Below, in pieces: positions 62,794 to 64,000 of a stretch of 64,000 bases of DNA. Position 1 is the first letter of the stretch. Each line of letters begins with the position of its first letter. This DNA is from Zygnema circumcarinatum SAG 698-1b (lineage: Eukaryota; Plantae; Zygnematophyceae), in contig CM074820.1 of the NCBI GenBank assembly GCA_037447605.1, positions 1,612,001 to 1,676,000 on the forward strand, read 5' to 3'. A program made the position numbers and the translations under genes. Below the pieces are notes generated by a model. The model made no database searches and was not told the origin of the DNA. It saw only the letters and a list, made by a program, of their open reading frames with translations.

Positions 62794-63517
62794 TCTTTCT
62801 CTCTCACTTTCTTTGTCTCTCTCAAAACCTGTATCTGTCTAGGTGATTGCTCTCCTGCCACTCACTCACCTTCTGACACCAGTCTCTTCCATACACTCAG
62901 TCTCTCACTCTGAAATTTCGTTCTCCTTCTCTCCTCCCCTCTTATCCCTCTGTCCTCTCACATTCTCCACGCCCTATCCCTCTTCGTCTTGCCTCATCTC
63001 TCCCTTCACCTCTCCCTCTTCCCCCTCTCCCCGCTCCCCCCCACCCCCCTTCCTTCCCCCTCTCCTCCNNNNNNNNNNCCACCTGAATCTCAACCGGCCG
63101 AGTCAACACTTTCCGAGCCAAAGTCTCCACTTGTCTCGGAAACGTTGCCGAAAACAATACTGTTTGTCTATCCGGTCGTGTGTTCTGCACCATTCGAGCG
63201 ATCTGCGGTTCAAACCCCATATCGAACATTCGGTCTGCTTCGTCCATTACCAAATAAGTAACTCGCCTCAAATTTGTGATTTTTCCTGCTCCCGTACATA
63301 GAATGTCTATCATCCGTCCCGGAGTACAGACGACTATATGTGTTCCCCGTTTCAGTTCGCTGATTTGCGCAGCAACTCCTCCTCCTCCGTAAACCGCAAC
63401 AGCACTCAAATTTAAGGGTTTACTGAATTTCCGAATATCGCTATAAATTTGATGCACGAGTTCGCGGGTGGGAGCCATGATCATCGCTATTGGTCCGTCT
63501 CCTGACTCCAAATCCGG
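59955..63517 (-). CDS. PRP5: DEAD-box RNA helicase PRP5/DDX46 (RH42-like), 3' part; exons 63517..63083 and 61409..59955, upstream exons beyond the window
   Basis: Motifs [10 protein letters not shown] (Ia), TPGRMID (Ib), [11 protein letters not shown] (II), FSAT (III), [10 protein letters not shown] (V), [10 protein letters not shown] (VI). PRP5-specific [12 protein letters not shown] and C-terminal [34 protein letters not shown] (KH-like). Confidence 0.93.
60525..63068. other. Near-identical ~1.27-kb direct duplication (60525..61792 vs 61803..63068) between 10-N gaps; probable assembly artefact
   Basis: Copy 2 begins mid-exon right after N gap 61793..61802 and ends at N gap 63069..63078. 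Confidence 0.88.
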
Positions 63518-64000
63518 CTGCAAAAAAAAAAAAAAACAGGGACCCATTTTCAGATCATGAAAATGTTAGGATGAAGACGACTGAATGTGACGAGGGGGTT
63601 GAGAAAATTAGCGGTATTCAGATAGTAAGGGTTCAGAACTAGTGGGCTAAAACCTTCTCTATGGGGATGTTAATACTTGTGACCTCTTCCGGTTCAGTTT
63701 CAACACTAGTTATTTCCCTCATTCTGGACATCTACATGTGATATGTGTTCATGTTCTTCCTTACTTTGCTCTTATTCCCATATCTAAAGTCCAGTGAAAC
63801 TGGCCCTTATTACCCACCCTAAATCTAAACATAACCATTGACTCGAACCCTAAAACTCTGACTCCAATCTAAAACCCTTGAGCCGTTCCTCTACTCTATT
63901 CGTAACCTGACTGTGAAGACTAAGCCTAAATACTTACGCCTTGACAAAAACTCTGCGCAGAAAAAAAAACCCTTACCCTGATTCAAACCTTAACCCTAAC

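Noticed and set aside
63780-64000. True chromosome end (telomere)
   Set aside because: Repeats are degenerate and lie inside a PRP5 intron; the gene must continue beyond the window.

Overview
Eukaryotic, intron-rich nuclear DNA from a streptophyte. Plant-type genes and a bryophyte-like 5S rRNA suggest a charophyte or zygnematophyte alga; the taxon is an inference. GC-rich exons are separated by introns filled with (GA/CT)n tracts and degenerate telomere-like (TTTAGGG/TTAGGG)n repeats. Eleven protein-coding genes were reconstructed by hand across GT-AG introns. In order: a membrane-anchored cupin (FdtA/WxcM-like, +), DUF2256 (-), a ureidoglycolate-lyase-like protein (-), an unassigned spliced gene (-), an SFSWAP/SWAP1-like splicing factor (+), an importin-13/transportin-SR-like protein (-), a secreted papain-like protease fused to 2 EGF, 5 LysM and a Kazal-like domain (+), a small unassigned gene (-), a GT92/GALS-like glycosyltransferase (+), MTOPVIB (+) and the 3' part of a PRP5/DDX46 DEAD-box helicase (-). 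There is also one solitary 5S rRNA gene, a ~0.9-kb foldback transposon with an 8-bp TSD, and two related ~145-bp MITEs. Three 1.3-1.9-kb near-identical duplications next to 10-N gaps are most likely assembly artefacts. The two most striking observations are the multidomain protease-EGF-LysM-Kazal protein and the extreme iteration of the palindrome GCCACGTGGC (about 20 perfect copies by manual count), found in exons, introns and at splice acceptors. Note: the supplied ORF 451..759 is labelled '-' but its translation reads from the + strand. Most long ORFs in the track are low-complexity intron noise. Exon boundaries were read by eye and may be off by a few bases.
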